Origin: an uncultured Rhodopirellula sp.
GTDB lineage: Bacteria > Planctomycetota > Planctomycetia > Pirellulales > Pirellulaceae
Reading direction: 5' to 3'
Length of the DNA stretch: 38,037 nucleotides
Assembly (NCBI GenBank): GCA_964007735.1
Contig: CAXGAI010000043.1
Coordinates: forward strand, 1 to 38,037
Numbering within the stretch: position 1 is the stretch's first letter; each line of letters begins with the position of its first letter. The translations under genes were made by a program, and so were the position numbers. Positions 37,787 through 38,037 of the stretch are shown piece by piece. The notes beneath the pieces are model-generated. The model saw only the letters and a program-made list of their open reading frames with translations, was not told where the DNA came from and ran no database searches.

Positions 37787-38037
37787 TTACGGTGCTTCAT
37801 AATCACTGAAGTCGAAATCCGGATCTTCATCATCCGTGTAATCGGCTTTAGCATCATAATCTTCTATTTCGTATTCTGCTTCTGTTTCTGCTTCCTCTGC
37901 TTCCTCTTCCTCTGCTTCCTCGTACTCTTCTCCTACTTCTTCCTCTTCTCCTACTTCTTCCTCTTCTTCCTCGTACTCTTCTCCTACTTCTTCCTCTTCC
38001 TCTGCTTCCTCGTACTCTTCTCCTACTTCTTCCTCTT
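37787..38037 (-). CDS. 3' end of a gene truncated by the window edge, encoding a highly acidic repeat tail
   Basis: Hand translation of minus strand: ...EEEVGEEYEEAEEEEEVGEEYEEEEEEVGEEEEVGEEYEEAEEEEAEEAETEAEYEIEDYDAKADYTDDEDPDFDFSDYEAP*; stop at 37787-37789. Confidence 0.75.
   Translation of the reverse strand, partial: EEEVGEEYEEAEEEEEVGEEYEEEEEEVGEEEEVGEEYEEAEEEEAEEAETEAEYEIEDYDAKADYTDDEDPDFDFSDYEAP
37875..38037. repeat. Imperfect CT-rich tandem repeat (minus strand EEEVGEEYEE units)
   Basis: TTCCTCGTACTCTTCTCCTACTTCTTCCTCTT recurs three times with a shorter partial copy between. Confidence 0.9.

Overview
Bacterial chromosomal window, most likely from a planctomycete (Pirellulaceae-like; inferred from the L17 insertion, the RpoA N-terminus MHIRWR, the Ser/Thr kinase architecture and the absence of L30 from the spc cluster). 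Bases 1-10863 are the distal S10-spc-alpha cluster: rplP(partial)-rpmC-rpsQ-rplN-rplX-rplE-rpsN-rpsH-rplF-rplR-rpsE-rplO-secY-adk-rpmJ-rpsM-rpsK-rpoA-rplQ. rpmJ is missing from the ORF track. rpmD, map, infA and rpsD are absent from their usual positions. The rest is a tightly packed mix: HExxH protein, lipoprotein, fba, kdsD-kdsC plus a 964-aa membrane-anchored protein, esterase, hpt, two GT4 genes plus asnB, L-fuconate dehydratase, a secreted HExxH protein, a 409-aa unknown followed by a membrane Ser/Thr kinase, an amidohydrolase pair, an S41 protease, and transhydrogenase genes. No rRNA, tRNA, CRISPR array or mobile element was recognised. Best leads, all from motif reading by eye and needing HMM/structure confirmation: (1) a putative SLOG/DprA-like + AbiGi-like (ART-like) fusion next to a receptor kinase; (2) a giant LptC/LptA-like protein in the lptCA position after kdsDC; (3) a lipoprotein resembling a bare secretin core; (4) a secreted amidohydrolase pair with one intact and two degenerate metal sites; (5) repeat-built acidic tails on several core proteins.
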